Shown here: positions 1 to 9,849 of the stretch, in pieces
Numbering within the stretch: the first letter of the stretch is position 1
How the letters are laid out: each line of letters opens with the position of its first letter
Virus record (IMG/VR): IMGVR_UViG_3300017989_004169
Location: 1 to 30,820 of that record
DNA: 30,820 nt
Direction: 5' to 3' (one strand)
Origin: a virus
Lineage: Duplodnaviria > Caudoviricetes
Made by a program: the position numbers and the translations under genes
Notes under the pieces: generated by a model
Seen by the model: only the letters and a program-made list of their open reading frames with translations
Database searches by the model: none
What the model was told of the DNA's origin: nothing

Positions 1-1
1 A

Positions 2-607
2 GGCAATGCAGCTGCAGCCCCTGGAGCCGATGGTAACTACCAAGAGATAGATTCCGGTGATGGGACTGGAAGCATAATCAAATTCAATAATTCCAATGCT
101 TCTAATCAAACAGTGATGGTAGTCAGCAATGGCCTTTTGGTCAATGCCCCTGATAACTCTAGAGATCAAGCTCTTGAGTCACTTGCTGGTCAAGTAGATG
201 CTATGATTCCAACACTTGCAAGCGTTGCTGGTGTCCCTGAAGATGATTTTCAAGCTGCACCTAGCAATGTAGATTTAAAAGCTTTTGGGAGTAAAGTTAA
301 CTCACTTCAAAGATATAAGCAGATAAGCAACTCTGATAGTCCATATTCAGCCATATCTCCTGTAGAATTGCTTTTAGTGGATACAACAACGGCAGCAGTT
401 ACAGTAACTCTTCCAGCGTCACCAAGTATAGGTGATCGTATAATAGTTATGGATAGTCATAGTAACTTTGGAACAACAAGTTTAACAATAGATAGAAATG
501 GCAATAACATAGATGGTTCAGCGGCAAATTTTACTATAAGTACCGATGACGCTTGGGCAGAATTCATTTATGTCGATTCAACCCGTGGTTGGGTAGTGAG
601 GATATAA
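2..607 (+). CDS. Tail fibre / virion structural protein, C-terminal part (5' end lies upstream of the window)
   Basis: The frame is open from base 2 (GNAAAAPGADGNYQEIDSG...), so the 113 start is internal. The C-terminus VDTTTAAVTVTLPASPSIGDRIIVMDSHSNFGTTSLTIDRNGNNIDG...YVDSTRGW resembles the common phage proximal tail-fibre (T4 gp34/gp9-10-like) repeat. Confidence 0.7.
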   Translation, partial: GNAAAAPGADGNYQEIDSGDGTGSIIKFNNSNASNQTVMVVSNGLLVNAPDNSRDQALESLAGQVDAMIPTLASVAGVPEDDFQAAPSNVDLKAFGSKVNSLQRYKQISNSDSPYSAISPVELLLVDTTTAAVTVTLPASPSIGDRIIVMDSHSNFGTTSLTIDRNGNNIDGSAANFTISTDDAWAEFIYVDSTRGWVVRI

Positions 608-1155
608 TGGCAACTTACGAAGATAAGAAAGCAACACAAGCACAAGCAACAATACCAGATGCTACTGATTCTGAAACTGGCTTAATACAGTTAGATGATA
701 CATTTGCAGCCGATGCCTCAAATCCTGGTTTGTTAAAGGCAAATATACAAGATGTATCTACTTCGACAGATACCAGCACAGGACTTCAAGCCAATGTGGA
801 GGGATATGGAAATGTATACACGCGCACAGTTAATGGATTTTCAGACCATGCTGCTATTATTACTGTAACTTTTATGTATAGATATGATAATAATAATGGT
901 ACAGCATTAACCACTAGACCTAGAATTCATATATATGATACAACGTCCACAGATACCATTAACAATGAAGTTCAAAATATTGGAGTGGTAACTGGTTTTG
1001 ATGATAAAATTTTGAGAACTGTTACATGTATTGCACCACCAGTAACAGGCACAACATATACTATTGAAGCATGGGAAGAAAATACTGGTGGTGGAAGCTA
1101 CAATGCCACAAATGGAATGTTAAGTATTTCATGTACAAAACTTGTATTACCTTAA
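607..1155 (+). CDS. Putative tail-fibre-associated protein (182 aa)
   Basis: ATG at 607 overlaps the upstream TAA (TAATG coupling), a better start than 553. Thr/Asn-rich, with a DATDSETGLIQL fibre-repeat-like motif, in a structural gene cluster. Confidence 0.55.
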   Translation: MATYEDKKATQAQATIPDATDSETGLIQLDDTFAADASNPGLLKANIQDVSTSTDTSTGLQANVEGYGNVYTRTVNGFSDHAAIITVTFMYRYDNNNGTALTTRPRIHIYDTTSTDTINNEVQNIGVVTGFDDKILRTVTCIAPPVTGTTYTIEAWEENTGGGSYNATNGMLSISCTKLVLP

Positions 1156-1164
1156 GGATAGAAC

Positions 1165-3708
1165 ATGGTTGACTTAATTAGAAAAACAGCAGGTGCCAAT
1201 AACGGCGGTGAACTAGATAGTGATAACCCGCAAGTTATCAAAGGTACAAAAACCTTTGATGATGACGTTACATTCAATGGCACTGTTAACATAGATGCTA
1301 TCGGTGGCAATGCTGGTGGTATTAACTATTTAGAAGGTGACAATACATCTTTTGAGAATGGAACAGTAGGCGACTGGACCCTATACAAAGATGCAGAACA
1401 ATCGACACCTGAAGACGGTACAGGTGGAAGCCCTAGTGTGACGTTTGCAGCCTCTAACTCATCTCCACTTAGAAATACTTACTCCGGTATCCTCTCTAAG
1501 GGGGCATCAAATTTATTAGGTGAAGGTGTTGGTATAGATTTTACAATCGATGATGCTGATAAGAATCAAATGTTAACAGTATCATTTGATTATTCAGGCT
1601 CTGAAAATTTTAGATATGCCAGGAATAATGCTTTAGAAGAAGTTGTTGATTTTTATTCTGGTGGCCTTAATGAAAAATCTATTTGGGATTATACCTCTGG
1701 AGATATTATTATTAATAGCTACTTAGATGATTGGGTAGCAGATGGTAGTACTGTAGAAGCTGTTAGTTTTTGGCTAGCTAAGGGAGCAGGTACAGTTGGT
1801 AATGCGCGGCTTATATATATTCAGGCAGATGTTCCATCTGGGGCACCAACAGTTGCCTCTAGTTGGATTAGTCTTTCTGGAGTAGGCACATTACGAGAAG
1901 AATTTGTGTTTCCTCTTACAACCCCTATTGATACCACAAATGGCGATAAATATTGGTGGGGTATTGAAATTGATATAACCACTACGAATAATACTGTAGA
2001 AATACAATCTAATAATGCATCAACCACCAATGAAACATCAATTTATCTAAGATATATTGGTGATTCATATGAACTTCAATCTAGTCAGCAATTGGATTAT
2101 AAAATATATACACGAGATGATAGTGCAGTTAATGGCGATGTTATGCCCTGGATATATGATGTTGATAATACTGAGTTAATAGCTTTAGCACCTAATAAAC
2201 TAGGCGGAAGTGGTAAATTTTCTGGTTCTTTCCTTGCAACTGATAGTTCAAACTACAGATTAATACTCCATACATCTAGTATAAATGATGAGTTATGGGA
2301 TTTAAAAATAGATAATATTGTTGTTGGACCTCAAGATGTAATTGCAATCCCAGATCCGAGATGGCCGAGCTATGACGAGAGTGAGGTTACAATAACGGAA
2401 GATACAGCATTTACTATAGATGCGGTAAAAGCTAATTTAATACCGTATGAAACAGCAGATAGTAAATGGAGATTAAAATTCAATATATATATGGATTTAT
2501 CTGGCAGTCCGGGTGGTGGGACTCCATGGAACATTAACTTAGCTAATACAACTTTTGCGAATGAAGATACATTTTTCTACCAAGCTCTCGCTGTAAACGG
2601 GACATCTCCTACAGACGCTAACAGATCATACGGTATGTGCTTACCGAATACAGGTAATATTTACTTAGATTCGGCAACAACACGGTCAAGATGGAATATA
2701 TCAGGCGACGTATTACTTGAATCCAAACCAACATGGGCCACCAAGACCGCGCCGGATGTTTACCTTGCTGGGAAGGTGAATGTTGATGAGGTGGCTGCTG
2801 TCTACACAACCGACGCAGGAAACACTATAGCTAACTCCGATGCTGTTGTTGATTTCGAAGACGTCGTTAAAGACACACATAACGCAGTTACAACTGGTGC
2901 ATCCTGGAAATTTACTGCGCCAGTATCAGGGTATTATACGATAAGCTCAAGTTTGCAATTGAACGAAACGGCAGGCGATTTTGACGGTAATGCCGAATAC
3001 TTCAGACACTATGCCGTAATCGATGGTACAGAAAAATATGCTTTATCTAGGTTTATACCACCTGCAGCAAGTGATTATCCTACAGTTAATGGGTCAGTTA
3101 CAGTTTATGTAGACAAAGATAGCTACATACAAATAGAGGCCAGACAATCGAGCGGAGTTAACAAAACTTTATCAGCTACTGGTCAGCAAAATTATGTTTC
3201 TATCGTAAAAATCCCATCCCCACAAGAAGTGGCAAACGCCGCGCTCACGTTCAGCCAAGCTACAGAGGATCGGCCGGGGCTTGTTTATCAGAGTGCATGG
3301 TCTGACTTCACTCCAAACTCAACTGGATTTACTGGAACATTCACTTCAGCAAAATATAGAAGAGATGGACCAGATTTGTTGGGGAGAATCACTTATACAT
3401 GCGATGGAAATGAAACAGGCGGTAGCATGTATATAGAAACACCAGCTGGTCAAACTATAGATGTTTCTGATTATGGGGATTATACGAAGGTTGGAGATGT
3501 TACTTTCTATGATGTAACAGGAACTGTCTATGCAGGAACAGCTTACCTTGTAACATCAAATAGTAGGATTTATATATCGAGTCTTGGCTCTGGAGGAACC
3601 TATACAACTAACGCAGGTGTGGATATGGATACCACTTCTAATCCGTTCGAAGCTGTTTCTGGAGATATAATCAATATAAATTTCAGAATACAAATATCAG
3701 GATGGTAA
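1165..3708 (+). CDS. Modular tail fibre / receptor-binding protein (847 aa)
   Basis: AAGGA RBS. QVIKGTKTF fibre motif. N-terminal domain paralogous to 7423-9447. C1q-like module (DTHNAVTTGASWKFTAPVSGYY) and a terminal W..FTP...YRRDG...FRIQISGW module. Confidence 0.7.
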   Translation: MVDLIRKTAGANNGGELDSDNPQVIKGTKTFDDDVTFNGTVNIDAIGGNAGGINYLEGDNTSFENGTVGDWTLYKDAEQSTPEDGTGGSPSVTFAASNSSPLRNTYSGILSKGASNLLGEGVGIDFTIDDADKNQMLTVSFDYSGSENFRYARNNALEEVVDFYSGGLNEKSIWDYTSGDIIINSYLDDWVADGSTVEAVSFWLAKGAGTVGNARLIYIQADVPSGAPTVASSWISLSGVGTLREEFVFPLTTPIDTTNGDKYWWGIEIDITTTNNTVEIQSNNASTTNETSIYLRYIGDSYELQSSQQLDYKIYTRDDSAVNGDVMPWIYDVDNTELIALAPNKLGGSGKFSGSFLATDSSNYRLILHTSSINDELWDLKIDNIVVGPQDVIAIPDPRWPSYDESEVTITEDTAFTIDAVKANLIPYETADSKWRLKFNIYMDLSGSPGGGTPWNINLANTTFANEDTFFYQALAVNGTSPTDANRSYGMCLPNTGNIYLDSATTRSRWNISGDVLLESKPTWATKTAPDVYLAGKVNVDEVAAVYTTDAGNTIANSDAVVDFEDVVKDTHNAVTTGASWKFTAPVSGYYTISSSLQLNETAGDFDGNAEYFRHYAVIDGTEKYALSRFIPPAASDYPTVNGSVTVYVDKDSYIQIEARQSSGVNKTLSATGQQNYVSIVKIPSPQEVANAALTFSQATEDRPGLVYQSAWSDFTPNSTGFTGTFTSAKYRRDGPDLLGRITYTCDGNETGGSMYIETPAGQTIDVSDYGDYTKVGDVTFYDVTGTVYAGTAYLVTSNSRIYISSLGSGGTYTTNAGVDMDTTSNPFEAVSGDIININFRIQISGW

Positions 3709-3773
3709 TGATACACATCATAGCGATTATAGATTGAATATAATTTTAAATAACCTTTAAATAGGAATTAAAT

Positions 3774-5159
3774 ATGCCACAAGTACTAGTACCCGATAAG
3801 ATAGAAGAACTCTCAATTGCTTCAACTACAAGCATATCGTTTCCATCCTCTATTGTAACTATTGGCGGTCAGCAATATCGTAATAGCTCAACCCTAACCT
3901 GCGATCTTTCTACAACTGGAGCAAATGGTTTAGATACAGGATCACTTGCTTCTGACTCGACTTATTTCGTATATGCGGTTGTGAGTAGCGGAAGTATGGC
4001 AATTGTTGCTAGTTTAAACCCTGATACCACTGGACCTACTGGATTCTCAGTATGGAAGCTAATTGGAGCTTTTGGAACTAAACCAGGTGCTGCTGAAGTT
4101 GATTTTATATACTCGATATACGGTCAACATGGCAAACCTAAAAATGATATCCAGGGTAGGGCGATATATGATGATTTAGCTAGTGCACCCACGGTTGGTA
4201 CTCAAAACTATATTATAAATGGTGGTTTTGATTTTTGGCAACGTGGAACAGATTCTGGCTCTGTAACGTCTTCGGGTTGGCAATATCAAGCAGATAGATG
4301 GAGATTTTACACAAGTGCTGGTGGTGGTGGAACAGGCTCTATCTCACGCCAAACACTAACACCAGGAGATATATCAAGCAATTCGCAATATTACCTTCGG
4401 TGGGATCAAACTGTGGCTGTTACAGCCTCTTCTCCCGCATTGCAAATCCCAATTGAAGACGTTAGAACTTTAGCTGGTAAAACAATTACACTATCATTTT
4501 GGGCAAAACAGTCTGGAAGTGAAGAATTTAAAGTATATACTAAACAGGATTTTGGTAGCGGTGGATCGTCGAATGTATTTAGCTCAATTCCAACATTTAC
4601 ACCATCTACATCATGGCAACAGTTTAGCTTCACATGGGATATACCGGATTTGTCCGGTAAAACAATTGGGACTGATAGTAATTTTGCCATTACATTTGGG
4701 ACTGATGGTTTAGGTACCTTTACCATAGATATTGCAGATGTTATGCTCAATGAGGGGCCTATTGCTGCCCCATTTCAACGTGCAGGTGGTACAATAGGTG
4801 GTGAATTAGCGTTGTGTCAAAGATATTATCAAAGAATTGAGGATAATGCAATAATAGGGCATTGTCCTAGGGTTAATATACGAGGTGCCAGCACTTCGGT
4901 TGTAAATGTATGGTATAGTTCAATTGTACCATTCCGCTCAGTCCCCACATATTCCCAGTCAGCGACATCTTCTTTTGCCATTTACCCCACTAGTGGCACT
5001 ACAGGGGTTAATGTTTCTGGAAGACCAGCAGCTAATATTGAACTTCTAAGCTGTGGAGACGTAGCGTGGAATTATGAAACATTATCAGGAATAGTTGGTG
5101 GTCAAGCATACAGTTTATTCTTATCATCAGCGGTTATGGCATTAGACGCAGAATTTTAA
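3774..5159 (+). CDS. Tail fibre protein with carbohydrate-binding-like domain (461 aa)
   Basis: N-terminal GANGLDTGSLASDSTYFVYAV motif, and a NYIINGGFDFWQRG...IEDVRTLAGKTITLSFWAK...ELALCQRYY module typical of phage tail fibres. Confidence 0.7.
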   Translation: MPQVLVPDKIEELSIASTTSISFPSSIVTIGGQQYRNSSTLTCDLSTTGANGLDTGSLASDSTYFVYAVVSSGSMAIVASLNPDTTGPTGFSVWKLIGAFGTKPGAAEVDFIYSIYGQHGKPKNDIQGRAIYDDLASAPTVGTQNYIINGGFDFWQRGTDSGSVTSSGWQYQADRWRFYTSAGGGGTGSISRQTLTPGDISSNSQYYLRWDQTVAVTASSPALQIPIEDVRTLAGKTITLSFWAKQSGSEEFKVYTKQDFGSGGSSNVFSSIPTFTPSTSWQQFSFTWDIPDLSGKTIGTDSNFAITFGTDGLGTFTIDIADVMLNEGPIAAPFQRAGGTIGGELALCQRYYQRIEDNAIIGHCPRVNIRGASTSVVNVWYSSIVPFRSVPTYSQSATSSFAIYPTSGTTGVNVSGRPAANIELLSCGDVAWNYETLSGIVGGQAYSLFLSSAVMALDAEF

Positions 5160-5177
5160 AATAAAAGGATATAAATA

Positions 5178-7412
5178 ATGACATTAGCTCCTAGAATTGA
5201 CAGTATAGAGAATACAACTGATGGCCTTCAGTATATTACTGATAATCAGGTTATTCTTGAGAAGATGGATGCTCCATATACTACTATTAATAACCGTGCT
5301 CAGATGGTAAACTATGCAGCTCTCTGCCCGATGATGGGTATTAATCGCATACAGACACAAGAAGTATTTAAGATTGATGAAGAATCAGGCCCTAACGGTG
5401 AGCCTGTTTATGGTGTTGTGAATGATAAATGGGGACAGATTAGATTTGTTGGTACAGTAACATCATATAATGTTGCACGTGGACAATTAATAAATATTTC
5501 TACTACAGGCGATTTTGTAGAAATAGTTTTTTGGGGCACAGGCTTAAATGCTCTTATATCTTATGTAACATCTGATAACCGTGGTTTTAATGTTACAGTA
5601 GACGGAATATCTCAACCTGCTGTTGATTTATCATCATTGTCTAATGTGTTAATAAATAGAAATTATTCTCCACACCATGTTGTAAATATTGTCAGTGGGT
5701 TAAGTGCAGGATGGCATACTGCTATATTAACAAAAACTACAGATTTTGATACGGAATTTTCTGGCTTTGAAATTCTTAATGAATCTTCCACGATCGACAT
5801 CCCTGCTGGTTCGGCTGTAATTGATGGTAAGCTAGTAACCACTGCTTCTACGCAATCATTGGCTTATAATCCGCTCACTGGTTCTAATGGTGGTAGAGTA
5901 ATTACATATTTACCACAAAATGGTATAGCTGCCCAAACATATACCGAAGTGGGAACAGCCTCTACTACTTTAGCTAATGTAGATCATTCCAATGAAGAGG
6001 TTATTAGAACTTATTATTGGCGCGAGTTTGGTGCCTCTAGGAGTGATGATTTTAGTTTAGTAACCTCTAGCTCTGACGTGGCATTTACTTTAGACGATGG
6101 TACAACTACATTAGTTGGGGATGATGTATATAATCTTACGGGTGCCAGTGGAGAAGGGCTTCGGTTGGTTGCAACAGGTGATACTTTCACTTTTACTTTT
6201 GTTGGAACTGGTCTCGATATATATGGCGGTGGCAATAACGGAGCTGTTAGTACAGAAACTTTCACAATTGCGATTAATGGCACCAATATAGCAACTAATG
6301 ATGCAGTATTTGGAACTACTGCTATTAAAAATCTTCAAATTGCTTCCAATCTTCCATATGGTACACATACTGTAAAGGTTATACAAACAGGCTCAACCGG
6401 TGTTGATGTGATTTGGAATAAATTTATTATATATGGACCTAAAAAGCCCACATTGCCAGCTAATACTATAGAATTAGGTGATTATAATGTGATGGCTGAC
6501 TTTGTTACAAATGATACCGCAGGTTTAGAAACTATTGCTACTGGAGTTTTGCGTAAGTGTCAACTAAGAGAACATATTTATACTGGAACTTGGCAATCAG
6601 CGACAATTACACCAACTTATATTTGCGGTGGATCCACATATGCCACAACAGCTAGTAATCAAACTGTATCTTATACTTTCTTTGGTACTGGTTTCGAACA
6701 TCGGTTGGATGATAACGCCAATACAACATTGAATTTTACTATCAATGGTTCTTCAAATTTATCTAGTTATACAACTGGATTTTATGGAAGTACTAATGCG
6801 ACATTTACAGCTTCTACAGGGGTATATGTAGGGACAGCCTCGATGGATCCAGGTGGTGGTATTTATGTTTACGATATGCCTCTTGGACTATATACAGTTG
6901 AAATAGAATATGCAGCAGGTAGTACATATATCCCCATGGCTCTTGATATTATTACTCCAATTCATACTCATAAAAATAATGGCCCACATGTTGTCCAAAA
7001 TACACTATTAGTTGGAAGTCAAGGGGTTTTAGATACAAGGCCATTGCCACAAGAATATTTAGATCCTAATGGAACTTCAAAAAATAAATTTGTTGTATCG
7101 GGAGATATTACTTTAGGTGCAAAAGCTCCACTCGAAGATATGATGACTACTATTTACACCACTAGTGGCAAATTGTGGATTGAGTATACAGATAGATTAT
7201 ATGGTACTGCTGCAATGTATTTGTATATTGATGGTGTAGAACAAGATACGGAAATAAATTCTGTATCTGATACACTATGGATATACACTTCTAAATCATG
7301 GCTAGTTAACGTATCGCCTGGTGAGCATACAATACAAATTCATGGATATACTAGTGGTTCTGGTAAGACTGGTGGTGGAAATCGAAGTATGAGAATACAC
7401 GAACTTAAATAA
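5178..7412 (+). CDS. Virion/tail protein with three internal beta-sandwich repeats (744 aa)
   Basis: AAGGA RBS. Repeated VFWGTGL / TFVGTGL / TFFGTGF motifs, each followed by a G.HT/YT-type strand. Thr/Gly-rich, located between tail-fibre genes. Confidence 0.6.
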   Translation: MTLAPRIDSIENTTDGLQYITDNQVILEKMDAPYTTINNRAQMVNYAALCPMMGINRIQTQEVFKIDEESGPNGEPVYGVVNDKWGQIRFVGTVTSYNVARGQLINISTTGDFVEIVFWGTGLNALISYVTSDNRGFNVTVDGISQPAVDLSSLSNVLINRNYSPHHVVNIVSGLSAGWHTAILTKTTDFDTEFSGFEILNESSTIDIPAGSAVIDGKLVTTASTQSLAYNPLTGSNGGRVITYLPQNGIAAQTYTEVGTASTTLANVDHSNEEVIRTYYWREFGASRSDDFSLVTSSSDVAFTLDDGTTTLVGDDVYNLTGASGEGLRLVATGDTFTFTFVGTGLDIYGGGNNGAVSTETFTIAINGTNIATNDAVFGTTAIKNLQIASNLPYGTHTVKVIQTGSTGVDVIWNKFIIYGPKKPTLPANTIELGDYNVMADFVTNDTAGLETIATGVLRKCQLREHIYTGTWQSATITPTYICGGSTYATTASNQTVSYTFFGTGFEHRLDDNANTTLNFTINGSSNLSSYTTGFYGSTNATFTASTGVYVGTASMDPGGGIYVYDMPLGLYTVEIEYAAGSTYIPMALDIITPIHTHKNNGPHVVQNTLLVGSQGVLDTRPLPQEYLDPNGTSKNKFVVSGDITLGAKAPLEDMMTTIYTTSGKLWIEYTDRLYGTAAMYLYIDGVEQDTEINSVSDTLWIYTSKSWLVNVSPGEHTIQIHGYTSGSGKTGGGNRSMRIHELK

Positions 7413-7422
7413 GGATTAAACA

Positions 7423-9447
7423 ATGGTTAAGCAGAATATCCCATTAAGACCCCTGAAGGATCAGGTTGATGCTGGTACTGGTGGAAGCGGCGGACTTGGA
7501 ATCAATTATATTGATAATTATGATTTTGAAGATGCCAGTGTTACTGGTTGGGAAACATATGTAGATACTGCACAAATCGATCCAGAAGATGGAACAAGTG
7601 TAGCTTCTGCTAATGTTACTATCACGTCTAACTTAACGACACCGCTTCGTGGAACATATGATGCCCTTCTATCTAAAGATGCTGCTGATCGACAAGGTGA
7701 AGGTTGGAGTTATGATTTCACTATCGATTCTGCTGATAAAGCAACTATGCTTGCAGTAAGTTTTGACTATTCAGTCTCAGCTGATTTCCTATATGGTACA
7801 AATGGTGACCCTTCTGATCCCAGTGACGTTACTGTTTGGGTTTATAATGTTAATGAATCTGAGCTTATTCAACTTGCTCCATATACATTAGATGGAAGTG
7901 GTAAGTTCTATGGTGTATTTCAAACAAAAGCAACATCTACAAATTATAGACTGATTCTCCATATCTCAGGTGATAATACCGATGACTGGACAATGAACAT
8001 CGATAATGTATTTGTTGGTCCCCAAACTAAAAGTTTTGGTCCTGCGATGAGTGATTGGACCTATGGTGGAACTGTCACTATACGTGGCTCAACATCAAAT
8101 CCCACTAAGGGTACTGTTGTAGAGGATAAATTTTACTATAGAAGAGTAGGAGATAGTTTAGAAGTTAATTTTGCCTATGAACAAAGCTCTGCTGGCTCTG
8201 CTGGTTCTGGTAATTATGAATTTGTCCTACCCAATGGGTGGCAAATAGATTCTAATAAAATAGCAAATGATCCTAGTGGCCAAGTTACTGTAGGTGCTGC
8301 CTATGGATATTCTAGTAGTACCTCTAAGGCTTTTACTGGAACAGCAAGTGTGCAACCAGATGTGGATACAGATTATGTTATTTTAAAATTGGGAAATGAT
8401 ACTGCTGCTGTTGAGAATGTATCATCTACTCGTCTTGATTTAAACACTACAATTATAAGATTAGGTGCTGAATTTAAAGTCCCAATCGCTGGCTGGAGCT
8501 CAAACACACTTGTTTCTTCAGATGCGGATACACGAGTTGTTGCAGCACAAAGTGCAGATATTCTTGGAATCACCTTAACATCTGGATCAACCGTTGGGCG
8601 AATTGGATTTAATACTACGGTATTTGATACTCATGGTGGGATGGTAAATGCCGGTTCCGGATCAACTTCCGCTGATGGATCTATATATACTGTTCCTGTA
8701 GCTGGTAAATATAGCGTTAATGCACAAATAGGAATACAGGCCGCGAGTGCTTGGTCAGCAGGGGATTTAGCATACACATATATTTATGTTAATAACTCTC
8801 CAGTAGCGCAACAAACCTTTAATGCTCCAAGTACAGGTACGTATACACCAGTTATAGTTTTATCAAGAGTCTTGGATTTAAATGTAGGTGACACAGTACA
8901 AATTGTAGCATACCAAACCTCAGGTAGTAATAAGGCCGTTGTGGGTAACGCTGATACGAGCTGGTTTGAAGTAGAACGTATATCTGGTCCAGCTCAAATT
9001 GCGGCGAGTGAAGTGGTTGCCTTTAAGGCCAATGCAGCTGGATCACAATCAGGACCAGATACTACTGCTGGTGGATTTATTGAGTTTGCAGGTGCTGTTG
9101 AGATTGATACACATGGAGCCTGGGATGGTACAGATACCTACACTATACCTGTAAATGGAATATATGAAATAACTGCTTGGGTTTATGGTGGATCAATAAA
9201 TATGGGAACAAATAGCGCCAGTCGATTACACCTAAATATCGATGGGGTTACTGATGACTATTTATGGTTTACTGAAGAATCTGCAGCAAATACTGCAAAA
9301 AAATCACAAATGCAAGGTTCAGTAATTAAAAACCTAAAAGCCGGACAAACTGTACGTCTTAATGGCTATATTGATGACAACACAGGGGGATGGACTGTTA
9401 ATAATGCCAGTTATATGTGTATCAAACGCATTGGTGGCGTAATGTAA
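7423..9447 (+). CDS. Modular tail fibre / receptor-binding protein (674 aa), paralog of 1165-3708
   Basis: AAGGA RBS. Shared N-domain (GINY...PEDGT...PLR...GEG...DFTID.ADK...VSFDYS...YRLILH...IDN..VGPQ), a YRRVGD...VPIAGW module and two C1q-like modules (DTHG...YTVPVAGKY; DTHGAW...YTIPVNGIY). Confidence 0.7.
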   Translation: MVKQNIPLRPLKDQVDAGTGGSGGLGINYIDNYDFEDASVTGWETYVDTAQIDPEDGTSVASANVTITSNLTTPLRGTYDALLSKDAADRQGEGWSYDFTIDSADKATMLAVSFDYSVSADFLYGTNGDPSDPSDVTVWVYNVNESELIQLAPYTLDGSGKFYGVFQTKATSTNYRLILHISGDNTDDWTMNIDNVFVGPQTKSFGPAMSDWTYGGTVTIRGSTSNPTKGTVVEDKFYYRRVGDSLEVNFAYEQSSAGSAGSGNYEFVLPNGWQIDSNKIANDPSGQVTVGAAYGYSSSTSKAFTGTASVQPDVDTDYVILKLGNDTAAVENVSSTRLDLNTTIIRLGAEFKVPIAGWSSNTLVSSDADTRVVAAQSADILGITLTSGSTVGRIGFNTTVFDTHGGMVNAGSGSTSADGSIYTVPVAGKYSVNAQIGIQAASAWSAGDLAYTYIYVNNSPVAQQTFNAPSTGTYTPVIVLSRVLDLNVGDTVQIVAYQTSGSNKAVVGNADTSWFEVERISGPAQIAASEVVAFKANAAGSQSGPDTTAGGFIEFAGAVEIDTHGAWDGTDTYTIPVNGIYEITAWVYGGSINMGTNSASRLHLNIDGVTDDYLWFTEESAANTAKKSQMQGSVIKNLKAGQTVRLNGYIDDNTGGWTVNNASYMCIKRIGGVM

Positions 9448-9849
9448 TCAATCAAACATTCCTTCAAGCAGCAAGTGACCCATATCTATCACTTGCTGTT
9501 TTTCTTTTCCAGGATTTTTATCTACCCAATTATCACTCCAAGTAATGGTCAAACCCAATACTTGCAAATCTTCCCATTTCTCCATATTGTTACTCCAATC
9601 AACATCAATATGGACATTAGGATCAAAAGCCTTGAGTCGATTTTCCATCAAGGTAGTAGTCTTCTCTAGTCCAGCAATAAAATCCCAAAAATCATCCGAG
9701 CTCTTACGTACTTCTTCAACAGCATCTACATAACGCATCATTACCTGCTCGGGTGACATAGATCGCTGAGAATTAGTACGTAATTCTTTATATTTTTGGG
9801 CTTTTTTATTGATTAAATCATAAATTTGTTTTTTGGATTTTTTAGACAT
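9448..9849 (-). CDS. Hypothetical protein (133 aa)
   Basis: Overlaps the primase stop in an operon-like way. Its stop abuts the stop of the convergent + strand gene. No recognised motif. Confidence 0.7.
   Translation of the reverse strand: MSKKSKKQIYDLINKKAQKYKELRTNSQRSMSPEQVMMRYVDAVEEVRKSSDDFWDFIAGLEKTTTLMENRLKAFDPNVHIDVDWSNNMEKWEDLQVLGLTITWSDNWVDKNPGKEKQQVIDMGHLLLEGMFD

Noticed and set aside
1165-9447. Diversity-generating retroelement or invertible cassette acting on tail fibres
   Set aside because: No reverse transcriptase or invertase in the window, and I saw no near-identical nucleotide repeat pair. Paralogy is only at diverged protein level; an exhaustive repeat search was not possible.
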